Source: Intoshia linei
Taxonomy: Eukaryota > Animalia > Orthonectida
NCBI GenBank assembly: GCA_001642005.1
Contig: LWCA01000284.1
Span: 1 to 34,585, forward strand
Direction of reading: 5' to 3'
DNA length: 34,585 nt
Below the pieces are notes generated by a model. That model worked only from the letters and a program-made list of their open reading frames with translations. It made no database searches and had not been told where the DNA came from. Below are positions 23,567 to 34,585 of this stretch, in pieces. The position numbers were made by a program, and so were the translations under genes. Numbering within the stretch: the first letter of the stretch is position 1; the number at the start of each line of letters is the position of its first letter.

Positions 23567-24565
23567 TCCTAACTTATATAATATGCTACGCGATTTTTAT
23601 TTGTGTGTGTGTTACACTTTATTTAAATGTTTTACAATTTTATAAAGTCCACATTTCATTTACAATTTTTTCCGGGGTGTTCGCAAACTTAATTTCAACT
23701 TCCCAGTTTCACATCTTACGGGTCAAAAACCCCAGTTGTCCCTCTTTTTAAATCAAACAAGTTGGAGAATTTAAAAAAATTATATTTTCAGAAGCAAAAC
23801 CACAAATTACCCTTCTTTTTTTAATGAAAACAGCCCCAGAATTTAAAAAAATTTACAGGTCGTACAGTTGTATCCTGTTAACACACACAGAAAATTTTAA
23901 TCCGAATAAGTGACGACTTCACGGTCAAAAAAGAATTTTAGTATTCCTATTTTTTTTTCGAAATATTTTATTAAAACAAAAAATGTGAAATAATTAACGG
24001 TCCGAAAATAAATAAAAATTATACTGATAGAGCTTATTCCAGTTGATATAAATACAAAAGTTCTATCCGAGAAATCTACGCATTCTCGATGAAAAATAAT
24101 TTTTAATATATTATCAACCAATATTTTTCAAATATTTCGAATTAAAATAAAAATGAAAATGCAAATTGATCCTACAATTTTAAAAAAATGTGTATTGAAC
24201 ACATTTTCAATAAAGAAATATCGGTGAAAATCTATATAATTCATGAAACTAGTTTGGCTTGTGTAGCGTTAAAATCAACAAGTTATGAACCTCCCATTGA
24301 AAAACTTGTAGCTTAAAAATTATTTTTAAATTTAAATAAATGTAAATATTATTTTTTTAACTAATTGTCCATCATCAAGTTGTTCGACTTTATTTAACAC
24401 ATCAAATTTAACACACCTAGTTTTAGTTGGCTATCATCACTGATATATATCATTACATTGAAAATGACAAAATAGGTTTTTATAATTTTATTTTTTCTGG
24501 AATTTGTGCTATTTATGACAATTTTTAGGATTAGACTGTTTTTACTTTACTTTTAATGATATACT
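23567..24565 (+). mobile_element. Helitron copy D (long variant; 5' end present, 3' end missing)
   Basis: Starts tcctaacttatataatatgctacgcg, then (TG)n. It is the reverse complement of copies A/C, and further on of the long internal region of copy E (about 26766-27548). Confidence 0.8.
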
Positions 24566-25079
24566 ATATTAAGTTTAATATTTTTAGGACTGTGAAGTGA
24601 ATTGATACCTCTTATCAATTATTTCCGATCCCTGATAGTTATTTAGCGAAAATCAGCACCTGAGACATTTAATTAAATAAAATCATAAATCTAATTAATT
24701 CTAAAGATTTCATTATCTGCCTTCGACACGTTTCCTTGCACCTGTTAATGATAAACTCTAATTCACATAATTTTAATACAGTTGTAGCTTATACAGATTT
24801 TATACATGCCATTAAATAAGCCATATACCCATTGAACTTGTACAACCATTGACATAAATTTGAGTAAAATAATAATTTATTTTAGCAAGGATGAAAAAAT
24901 GCGGTCATATTATGATAATATATAATATTCTGAGCACACTGCACAGTGCACCACAATTGTGCATTTGTACAATTTTATTATAAAAATAAAAATTTAAAAA
25001 TAAACTGACTTTACATAATCAAAATATATTCACCATCGAAACATAAATTTTGTTTCTAAAAATATTGCATTTTTCCAAC

Positions 25080-26199
25080 ATGTCAGCCCGTCATTTTTGT
25101 ATTATTGATGATATAAGCAGTTCGTTAATTCTGGACACAATGTTAGGATTTCAATCTCACAAACTGAAGATTGAGTTTATTTGAAAAGTATATTTATAAT
25201 AATAAATTTAGTCGAAATTTCATCATCAATACAATGCGTCATAAAAATTTAAAAAAATTGATTAAAGAAATTACAGAAAATGAAAACATCTTAAATATTG
25301 AAAAAATTATCAAAACCGTCCCTAAAGTCATTTTAAAATATTCAGAAATGTATCCTGATGAAAAATTTATAAAACTATTTAAGCATGTACTTTTTGACTT
25401 TATAAATTACATTTTAATAGTACACCATTTGAAATCATGATTAACTTGCTGTTTTGTCAATTTTTATATTACATTTAATTAGATGCGTGTTTATCTAAAT
25501 GTTTTTCATCCAAATACATCATTTAAAATTGAATCCTGTAAAAATTATACATCGGATAACCAATCAATCAGCCATCATTGTAAAATAACTTCAATAAAAA
25601 AAATGTTTTATTTCTGGAATATTTTTATGATAAATTTAGAAAAAAGGATCAAATTGTAAACTGTCTGGTTGGAATAATTGTTAAATTGTCAGCGCAAGAA
25701 GAGTCTGAATTGCTTATGCCTGGTATAAATGATTTTTCAGTCATGTACTCTTGTCGAAAAAAATGTGCTCAACTGTGGCTGGGTCCAGCTTCCTTTATTA
25801 ATCACGATTGTAATCCCAATGCTAGGGTATACTTATCTTTTTTAATAACAAATTAAAACATTTAACGTTTTTTAATTGGATTAGTTTATATCAAATGGGA
25901 AAGATAGCGCTTTTGTTGTTGCCATCAAATCAATTCAAGTCAATGATGAAATTTGTTGCCATTATGGAGATCATTTTTTTGGTGAAAAGAATTGTTTTTG
26001 TGAGTGTGCTACTTGTGAAAGGTTTATATTGATATTTATACATTCATGTATTACATTTTTTAGTCTTGAACAAGGTGCATATTCTAATCGAAATTTCAAG
26101 AAAAAACAAATAGAAACTAAAATTACAGGATACTCACTCCGAAATAAAAGAAAACCAATGTTAGAAATTGCTAAATCACCTAAAAAAATGAAAATTTAA
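25080..26199 (+). CDS. Suv4-20: Histone H4K20 methyltransferase, Suv4-20 / KMT5B-C family (SET + post-SET), 6 exons, about 283 aa
   Basis: Exons 25080-25174, 25212-25386, 25483-25604, 25640-25826, 25885-26021, 26064-26199 (852 nt, in frame; introns 37, 96, 35, 58, 42 nt). Motifs [72 protein letters not shown]. Confidence 0.93.
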
Positions 26200-26365
26200 T
26201 CATTTTAGTTCATTTCATGTTGATGTGTTAGATTTTTGTATAATTGTATAAAATTAATTAATTGAAAAAAATTTGTAATGAATTTTGTCTAATTTTAAAG
26301 ACCAATAAACCTTTTATGTTTTAAAAATTTTGTGGGTAAGCACTTGTTCTATTTTTATAATTATA

Positions 26366-27548
26366 CTAGGTTGACTATTATGTACTAAGTACAAACAGGA
26401 CCTAGCTCTGCCTAGGGCAAATTTTTATTATACTTAAAAAATAAATTCACGCTGAAAATTCTACTATTCACTATTATCAATTATTTAAAGGAATGGTTCC
26501 CAAACTTAATTCAGGTGGAATCATGATATATTACTTTTTACTTTAAAGTGATTTCCATTTTAATTGTTTGTTTGTTAACATAAGTGTAAAGAATTTTAAA
26601 AACAATTGTTAACCTATTTTTTNAACTTAATTCAGGTGGAATCATGATATCATATTACTTTTTACTTTAAAGTGATTTCCATTTTAATTGTTTGTTTGTT
26701 AACATAAGTGTAAAGAATTTTAAAAACAATTGTTAACCTATTTTTTTAATTTATTAAACAGAATGTGTGTATAATATTAAAAATAAAGTAAAAACAGTCC
26801 AATCCTAAAAATTGTCATAAATAGCATAAATTCCAAAAAAAATCAAATTATATAAACCTATTTTGTCATTTTCAATGGGATGATATATATTCAGTACCAA
26901 TTTAATAAATACTTAAAAATACCAATTATTTATCAATAATTAACCGAATCTTCACTTTATAAACATATTTGAGTCGAATTTTACCAAATTTGCAAAAGAT
27001 TGTAATAAATATAAAAATGATATTAACAAAGTGGTTTTAGTTTCGTTGTTTAGTTTCTATTTAAATTTGTATTCAAAATATTTTGAAAATGAGAATTTGA
27101 AATTTAAAAATTGCGTAGCAATGAATAAAATTCCGAAGGAATGAATTATATAGAATTTCACTTATATTTCTTTATTGGAAATGTGTAGACGTTCAATGCA
27201 AATTTTTTTGAAATTTTAGGATTAATATTTACATTTTCAATTTTTATTTTAATAAAAATATTTGAAAAATAATGGTTGATAATATATCAAAAATTATTTT
27301 TTACCGGGAATGCGTAAATTTCTGAAGTTGAAATTTTGTATTTATATCAACTGGAATAAGCTCTATCAGAATAATAATTTCTTTTTTTTTAATTTTTGGA
27401 CTGTTAATTATTTCAAATTTTTTGTTTTAATAAAATATTTCGGAAAAAAATATATGAATACTAAAATGCTTTTTTGACCGTGAAGTCATCACTTATTCGG
27501 ATGGAAATTTTTGTTAGTGTGTTAACAGGATACAACTGTATCACCTGT
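26366..27548 (-). mobile_element. Helitron copy E (long variant, 3' end intact, 5' truncated; crosses N at 26623)
   Basis: Plus strand a|ctaggttgactattatgtactaagtacaaacaggacctagctctgcctagggca...; collinear with copies A and D. Confidence 0.8.
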
Positions 27549-27565
27549 ACTAATATTATATATTA

Positions 27566-28427
27566 CTAGGTTGACTAATATGTACTACGTACAAAAAGAA
27601 CCTAGCTCTGCCGAAAGCACATTTTATAACGATTGTATTTACGTTAAAAATCTAATTTTCGGATTGAAATTTTTTGAAATTCTAGAGCTGTTTTCATTAC
27701 AAAAAGAAAGATAATTTGTGGTTTTGGCCGTGAAGATATAATTATTTTAAATTTAAATTTATGATAATGTTTATGATTTTAAAATCCGTATCAGCGTATT
27801 TTAAATTATCGAACTCGTTTGATTTTCAAATAAAGGGAAAATTAGGCTTTTTGACCCATAAGCTGTGAGTTTGGTGTTGAAATTTATTTTACTAACACCC
27901 CGAAAAAACTGTAATCGAAATGTGGACTTTATAAAAGAGAAAAAAGTTAGTTTACGTGATTTTGGTAAAAAATACTTTATTTTAGTAGCTCATACGTTAT
28001 GTTGGTAGTAAATACTTTATTTTAGTAAATTACAAACAAATTGTACTTTATTATAAAAGTGAAAAATTTTACCTATAAATTCAGGTGAAGATAAAAAGAA
28101 GAGAGTAAGAATATGTGGATTTCGATGTCGCATGAGGAATTTGATGTAATTAATCTTTCTCAATATAAAAAGGTTGATTTGCAAAAGCTTCCTTTAAAAA
28201 CAGGAGTTATTAATTATTATAAGAACAAGATAGAAGTTAATAGTTAAAAATAAAGTACAATTTGTTTGTAATTTACTAAAATAAAGTATTTACTACCAAA
28301 ATAACGTTAAATTACCGCGTAGCCCTTTATAAAATTCTAAGACTGGTAATTATTAAAATAGAGAATAAAACATACACAGACAAACAAAGCATATTATAAT
28401 ATGCTATAATAATATATAAGTAAGTAT
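27566..28427 (-). mobile_element. Helitron copy F, interrupted by an insertion
   Basis: Plus strand a|ctaggttgactaatatgtactacgtacaaaaagaacctagctctgccgaaagcac ... cacagacaaacaaagcatatt...tataagtaagtat. Confidence 0.8.
27937..28325. mobile_element. MULE/foldback-like insertion with 9-10-bp TSD and 59-bp internal inverted repeats
   Basis: ctttataaaa is duplicated (27927-27936, 28325-28334) whereas copy A has it once. Arms 27994-28052 and 28249-28307 pair with 1 mismatch. Confidence 0.75.
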
Positions 28428-28430
28428 TAA

Positions 28431-29059
28431 TCATAGTATTGGTGTATAAATGCACTGCTGCTTGTGACTTATATTTTTGTTTTTATAATATCTATATACA
28501 ATGTATATAGATATTTTTAGATAGAGCGCATACTTGTTCATTAAATCTCTAATTTTGACTTTTACTAATCCTAATGGAATCGGTCCCAGAGTGCGCTTTA
28601 TCCATAAAGAATATAGTTCTATCACAGTTTTATCACAGTAATAAGATTTTCGTTGTGAGTTATTTTCCATTTCTAAAAAATGATATCTTCCCATTACTTT
28701 TTTTATATTAGGTAATGTCGATAAATTGCTAAGCGGTTCACTAACCACTACTCTATAAGGACGCGTCCACCTCAAACTTTTTTTGAATAATTCATTTTTA
28801 GATCTCGACATCATTTTTATATCATTAATTTATTAATTATAAGATTGATAAAAAAATAAAATATAGTATTAAGGTTAATTAAATAATAGTGTAATAAAGT
28901 ATAGTTCACATTTTTAAAAATAAAAATATCAAGTGTTCTTAATTTCAGGCGGGATTAATTTCAATTAAATGAATTAATTTTCACATATTCGTGATCAGTG
29001 CATAAAAACACACTTATATGCAAATATAATTTTGTATCTTTAAAAAAGTGGACACTCTA
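28431..29059 (-). mobile_element. 5' part of a probable hATm-like transposon: TIR plus truncated transposase N-terminus (ORF 28814-28431)
   Basis: Terminus TAGAGTGTCCACTTTTTT at 29059, nearly identical to TAGGGTGTCCACTTTTTT at 3689 (minus). ORF pattern LPNIKKVMGRY...VIELYSLWIK...VKVKIRDLMNKY recalls hATm-type N-termini (from memory, not searched). The ORF ends beside Helitron F. Confidence 0.45.
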
Positions 29060-30981
29060 ATATACATATACATATTTATATCTCTATAATGAAAAATCAT
29101 ATCTAACCTAATTAATTTTACCTACAGTTTCCAAGATTTTGTAATCAATTTTGTTGTTAAATATTACTTAAAGTAAATTACATTTAAAAAGTAAAATATC
29201 AATATAATCGGACTGTTAAATGAAATCTACAAGAAGTATAGTTATTGAAAATTTACCGTACTCAATTATAACTGATGAACAAATAAACAACATTAAAAAG
29301 GTAAAAACAACTGTTTTGACTGAAGAATTAAGTTTAATTCATGGACCAAAATTAAAATAATTAACTAATGCAATTAAGTGAAAAATGGGAGGTTAAAATA
29401 CGTTTTTGATGGTCAAGGTGTAAATTTCTGAGATTGAAATTTTTGATAAAACACTACCAACAAAAAAATTATATTAGAATTTTAGATATGACAAATTTTG
29501 GAATTTCTAGTTGTTGAATAAATAGTTAAACAGTCTGTATTACATATAAACAAAAAGATATATAATCTTGGGCTTTAGACTTATTTCAGTAAAATAATAA
29601 CATCATTGTTTTTTTAACATATAATGGTTTCAAATCGGATCCTACAACCATATACGATATGTGAAGTATTCCATATATCTGCCAAAAAATTTATAATTAT
29701 GATTGTACGTGAATTAAATTTATGTTGGAATTTTCAAGGTTAAATCTTTTTAATTGATTGTTGTCGAATTTGTAGTACTTGTAACGTATTATATATTTTT
29801 GTTATTTTTAGAATGCTTCGACCCATTTTTTACCTACCAATAAAGAAAAAAGATTTCAAAACTATAAAAGAGTCAACCGTACAAGTTTTGTCTTATCTCA
29901 AAATGTTAGAAATTTTACAAATCAAAAACCAATTAATTTTGGATATATTGAAATTGATAATAATCAAAGTAATACACAATTTAGTAGTTTAAGTAGTATA
30001 TGTACTAGGGAGTCACGATTATTCGAAAAATTAAAAAATAAATACTTTTTTTGAATAATTTCGGTTAAGTTGAAGCGATTAATAGATTAATTTAGCTATA
30101 CTAATAATGCCCTTTAAAACTTTCATGTTGGTTAAACGTGTAAAATGTTTTTTAATGGTTTACATTTAGTCAGGGTGTGGAGAGGGGTTAGGACCATATG
30201 GCCTGAGCCTACAATCATGAGGGCCTAAAATTTTAAGATATTAATATTTAATGTTGGAAAATTTATGTTGGAAGTATGTCAAATTATGATGACCAATGCG
30301 ATTTACAACTGTTAATTTCAATTTGAATGCAATGAAAGATAGATTAAAACGTATATGGGCAAAGGGTGACCTTCGGGCCTCATGCAACCCGCGAGTGAAA
30401 TTTAAAATTTAAAATAATTTAAATTTAATTTTTGAAATAAAACCAAAAAATAGATCCAGATAAACGGATATTCACCTTGAAAATAATTTAAGAGGTGCAA
30501 AAAATAGCATTAAATTAGATCTTATTCAAAATATCAGAAAAAATCAAAATCACTCATAAGTATATGTGAATTACGTTTATTATAATAATAAACAATAATT
30601 ATTTAATATTTTTTTATAAAACCTGATGAATATGAAAATTTACTGCAATTAACATTTAAGAATACATTTAAGAATTATAATGTATTGACTATTAACCTTA
30701 AAATATTCTTAAACCAGTGAAAATAGATATACGGGTTTATAATATTGATTTAAATAAGGGAACGAAGTGAAATTGAAGAATTTTTCTTGGTGCGGTCCGC
30801 GATAAAATTAATGTGTGTAGTTGCATGAAAAAGGGTACCCTCCCCTGGAACAATGTATATACTAATGTCAGGGTAAAAGAAATTACATATTAACTTTAAT
30901 TAAAAATGTATGTTATGTCTGTTCCAGTTTATTTTAGAAAAAGTTGAAGAGTTTTAAAAGCATTATTTTAATACAGTTTTT

Positions 30982-31040
30982 CGCACAAACAGTACCTAGT
31001 TCTGCCGAGGGCGGTCTTTTTTAATTATACCAAAAAAATA
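30982..31040 (-). repeat. Isolated Helitron 3'-end fragment
   Basis: acaaacagtacctagttctgccgagggc matches the family's hairpin region. Confidence 0.55.
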
Positions 31041-31081
31041 AATAAATTAATTATTTTTTATTTTATAAATAAGATTTAATT

Positions 31082-31248
31082 ACAGTCTAATTAACTGAAT
31101 TTTTTTTAGCGTAAATTCCATTTTAACAGAATTTTGAATTATATATTTTTTCTTTACGAATTTGTATAAAAATTTTATCTCTAAAACTATAAAATCTATT
31201 TTTAATTACTATCATAAATATGAACTAATTTTTTTACTAATTAGACTT
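31082..31248. repeat. Interspersed repeat, inverted homolog of about 18945-19105
   Basis: aaattccattttaacagaattttgaatt...aaaattttatctctaaaactataaaatc...atcataaatatgaactaatttttt is the reverse complement of the segment nested in the 18459 hAT element. Confidence 0.6.
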
Positions 31249-32436
31249 CAATTTATTACGTTTTTATCAAATTTTTAATAAATATTAAATTAGATGGCGT
31301 TAATTAGAAATAATTACGATCATTGCGGAATAGCTATATACATGTCTAGTGCATAATTTTCACTTTATAATACGAGTTTGGCAGAATGCATCAACCCAAA
31401 GAGTGAGTGCATTCAACACACGAGTTTTATAAAAGTGTGAAAATTATAAGCTATGATGTAATTTTTTCTACTATTTAGTCTATTGAATCAAAATTTCAAT
31501 TTTTGCATGTTGAAATATATAAATAATTTATTTTCAAAAACTTTGTTATTTAATGATATTATATATTGGATACAATATTCTATACACTGATATATGGTTT
31601 CTATATTAACGCGGTAATAGAAAGTAATTATTCTTGCACTACAGGGCGTAGAAAGTAAATTGATGTTCTTATATGAACCAATGAAAATGAAGAATTTTCA
31701 CTAAACTGTAAATATAATTTTTAACTTCATTTTATTTCTGTAAATAATTTAAAATTTTTAAATTTTTTCATGAACCCCAAAAAACTACTGTGGACCCAGG
31801 AGTTCACATGAACCCAGTTAATAATGGTTTTTGTATATTACTTCGTCATGTATTCTTCAAAAACTCATAATAAAAAGAAATGTGTCCATTTAATGGTTTT
31901 TATTGAAAAAAATTAAATTTCGTTAAAAAGTGTGTTACTATGGGAACATTGCTCTTATTTTACTAAATAAATTGGAACAAACAGACATACCTTTTTATAT
32001 TAACCAATCGCTGATAACCACCACATTAAACTTTGATTAATTTTTCAAATTGAACGGGCCATCAATTTATTTTTAAACTTTTACAATTAAGATGAAAAAG
32101 ATTTGCAACACTAGATTAAATAATTATTTATCATATAAAAAAGTCACTGCCAATTGAAACTCACTATAAATGTAAATACATATAGCTATTATAAATTTGT
32201 ATTGATTCTGATAAATTTTAGATAAAATAAACTTTAATTTTACTGATAAAGGAACAACCTGGACACGATCAAAAATTCCATTGGATTATTTGTATCAGAA
32301 AAGTAAGAATGATTATGTGAAAGGAGGAAAAATTTAAATAAAATAAAAAAATTACTCAAGTTTTAGTACATAAATATATATTTGGTATATAAATAAATTT
32401 ATTTTAAATACATAATATTAAATGTCTCATTTAACA

Positions 32437-34168
32437 CTACCAGGCAGAAGGAATGTTGTAATCATCTGGCATTGGATTTGAAACATTTTTATCTTGAACG
32501 TTTAATTTGACCTCACTCGATTTATTTTCATTTTCTTCAGCATCAGCGCTACTTTCGTCTCTAATACTTATTACATCCTCATCACTGGATTTTTGTTTAT
32601 TATTTTCTTTTTGAACATCAAATTTATTTTTGATGGCTTTATTTGTTTCATAATCATAATGTTCTTCAGATGGTTGCTCTGATTCTATTCGATGTGAACT
32701 GGCAGAATCTTCATCCCATGCAGAAATTGATTTTTTAACTCCAATTTTATCATTTTTAATTGTTGGAATTTCTGGTTCATATATATTTTTTGATTCAACC
32801 GATTTAGTAGTTGGTTTATTTACCTTTGGAGTTTTTTTTGATTTCATTAAACGACGATTCTCTTGTTCAGTCTAATATGTATTTTATATTTTGTCTAAGT
32901 TAAATAATTTACTTCGTATATTTGTCGTTTGATTAATGATAAAGATAGCTTTGATGCTATATTTTGCATTGTGAGTTGGTTTATAATTGCTCTAAATTAT
33001 TTAAATTAAATGTTGGAAATTGGGTGCGAAGGTATGATTTCAGTGAATTTTGAATATCCCGTTAGATAATCTGGAATTTAAACATTAATTGTGCCACTTA
33101 ATTTTGACTGCATACTCTTTGAAAACAAATACTAATGATAAGGTCAGTAATCAGCTGGAGTAGTGGTTATTTTACACATTTTTACAATTCAATTATTTTA
33201 GTTATCAACTTAAAGTATTATTGTAATTCGAAATTTTATGTTTTTAAAAATAAAATTTTACATATATTTAATTAGACTGTACAAATTACTTTGTCAAAAT
33301 GACTATAAATAGGTAGACTACCCGACGCTATTAAGATACAATAGACATAGAAAATACCAAAATTTTTTAAATCAAAGACTAAATGTCACCACTAATTGTA
33401 GTACCAGCTGGTATCAACATATCAACACGACCAAATTATGGGTTATTATCGTAGAATATTGGTTCAATAAGTTCGAAACAATGTTTTAATAAATACTGGT
33501 ACTATTGATAAAATTACATAAATATTATCAGCAAGGCCACGATAAACGCAGAATTTGTTATAATGTCTATAAATATTTTGAAATTTGTATTCCAACTGAT
33601 GTAAGATATGTACACAACATTTATCATTCTATTAAAACTCATAAACGGTCCACAACTTTTTGATGGGTCTAATCTAAATTTACAAATATTAAGAGTTATA
33701 ATAAAATCAAATAATTACGAGTAAAGCATATAAACAATAGGGAATGTTGTGAGAAGATAGGCAGTTAAAAGAACAATCATAAAAAATGCATTTGAGCTGG
33801 CCGCAGGAAAAGGTTTTTCAGATTGTTTATAGTTATGAAGAGTTGTAAACTAGATTTTAGTATTTAAATTTTAAAATAACAAAAACTAGAATTATGTAAA
33901 AAAGTAAAAATACCTTTTTTATGTAAAACAGCATAAACAATTTTACCACAGATATAAAAACAATTATTGGAGAAAAGAATGCACCAATCCTATTTTAATA
34001 TACAGTTTATATTAATTTATCATTAATATGTATGTATGTAATATATCATTAAATATTTACCAACATAATGTCTGGACAAAAACCAAATCTAATACATTTT
34101 TTGGAATATCAAAAATTTGTAATCCGACAATTGTGGTTAATTTATTGTTGAATTTATTGATAAAAAAT
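32437..34168 (-). CDS. TMC: Transmembrane channel-like (TMC) protein, 3' exons only (5' part not found in window); best model has an in-frame TGA
   Basis: Exons 34168-34061, 33989-33914, 33849-33719, 33673-33518, 33154-33098, 32991-32913, 32871-32437, with matching phases. Motifs GLQIFDIPKNVLDLVFVQTLCW|IGAFFSP...KLFMLFYIKK, PFPAASSNAFFMIVLL and PSKSCGPF are TMC hallmarks; charged low-complexity C-terminal tail. Confidence 0.88.
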
Positions 34169-34585
34169 CTAAATAAAGAAATCAAAATATTATTAATTAT
34201 ATTATAATGTTCATCAATGCAAAATGTAATGTCTTTATTTTCTATACAATATTAATAAGGAGACAACAAAAAACAAATGAAATTATCAAATGCCTAGTAA
34301 AATATAATTGAATTTTCAAAATTAATTTTAGGTAACTATGACAAGTTGTAAATATTAAACAAGTAGTGTAAAAGTGTGACACAAAAAAACGAATTGGCAC
34401 AATGATGTCATATAAAAATAAATAGATATTGGAAATATAAAATCTTATATACATTAAGGTGTGAATTTTTTCACTTTTTTGCGAAAATATAAATTATAAA
34501 AAATTATATAAAAAAAATTAAAAAAACCCTAGGGCAAAGCACTTCAAAATATGAATAATAAGCAAAATTTAATTTATTTTGTATA

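Noticed and set aside
24590-24860. Possible small spliced gene on the minus strand, divergent from Suv4-20
   Set aside because: Splice-like signals exist but every joining I tried hits stops, and there is no recognisable motif.
26504-26746. Apparent ~120-bp tandem duplication
   Set aside because: It flanks the N at 26623 and is most likely a scaffolding artefact.
30170-30846. GC-richer patches with hAT-like ends
   Set aside because: The ends are degenerate and no TSD pairs them; probably old TE debris.
33027-33070. Alternative TMC micro-exon YLTGYSKFTEIIPS using a GC donor
   Set aside because: It needs a weak GC donor and a phase-incompatible upstream exon. The 33154-33098 exon fits TMC spacing better.
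7753-33153. TGA reassignment suggested by in-frame TGAs in GLUT and TMC
   Set aside because: Trp is TGG in the intact genes, snail ends in TGA, and the GLUT TGA replaces an expected Gly in a gene with other lesions.

Overview
AT-rich eukaryotic (animal) genomic DNA, not prokaryotic. Genes are split by very short GT-AG introns (mostly 35-58 nt), so the ORF track captures only fragments. This style fits a compact invertebrate or parasite genome such as an orthonectid (inference only). By manual splicing I reconstruct five host genes: (1) a degenerate GLUT/SLC2-type sugar transporter, probably a pseudogene (7450-8966, +); (2) a 4-exon Snail-family zinc-finger gene (12695-20425, +) that lacks the SNAG motif and carries two eh1-like motifs instead; (3) an intronless LRR / FN3-like / TM receptor (20455-22296, -), tail-to-tail with snail and only 29 bp from it; (4) a compact 6-exon Suv4-20/KMT5B-C H4K20 methyltransferase (25080-26199, +); (5) the 3' part of a TMC channel gene (32437-34168, -) whose best splice model has an in-frame TGA. 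Much of the rest is DNA-transposon material: a multicopy non-autonomous Helitron family (TC...CTAG), several hAT elements with 8-bp TSDs (one only 49 bp long), hAT and Tc1/IS630 transposase relics, and a MULE/foldback-like insertion nested in a Helitron. Three single Ns mark scaffold joins. I saw no rRNA, tRNA or CRISPR, and I cannot demonstrate a new multi-gene system. The strongest novelty leads are the re-wired Snail repressor, the minimal Suv4-20 and the transposon micro-architecture. All translations and alignments were done by eye and family consensus motifs are recalled, not searched.
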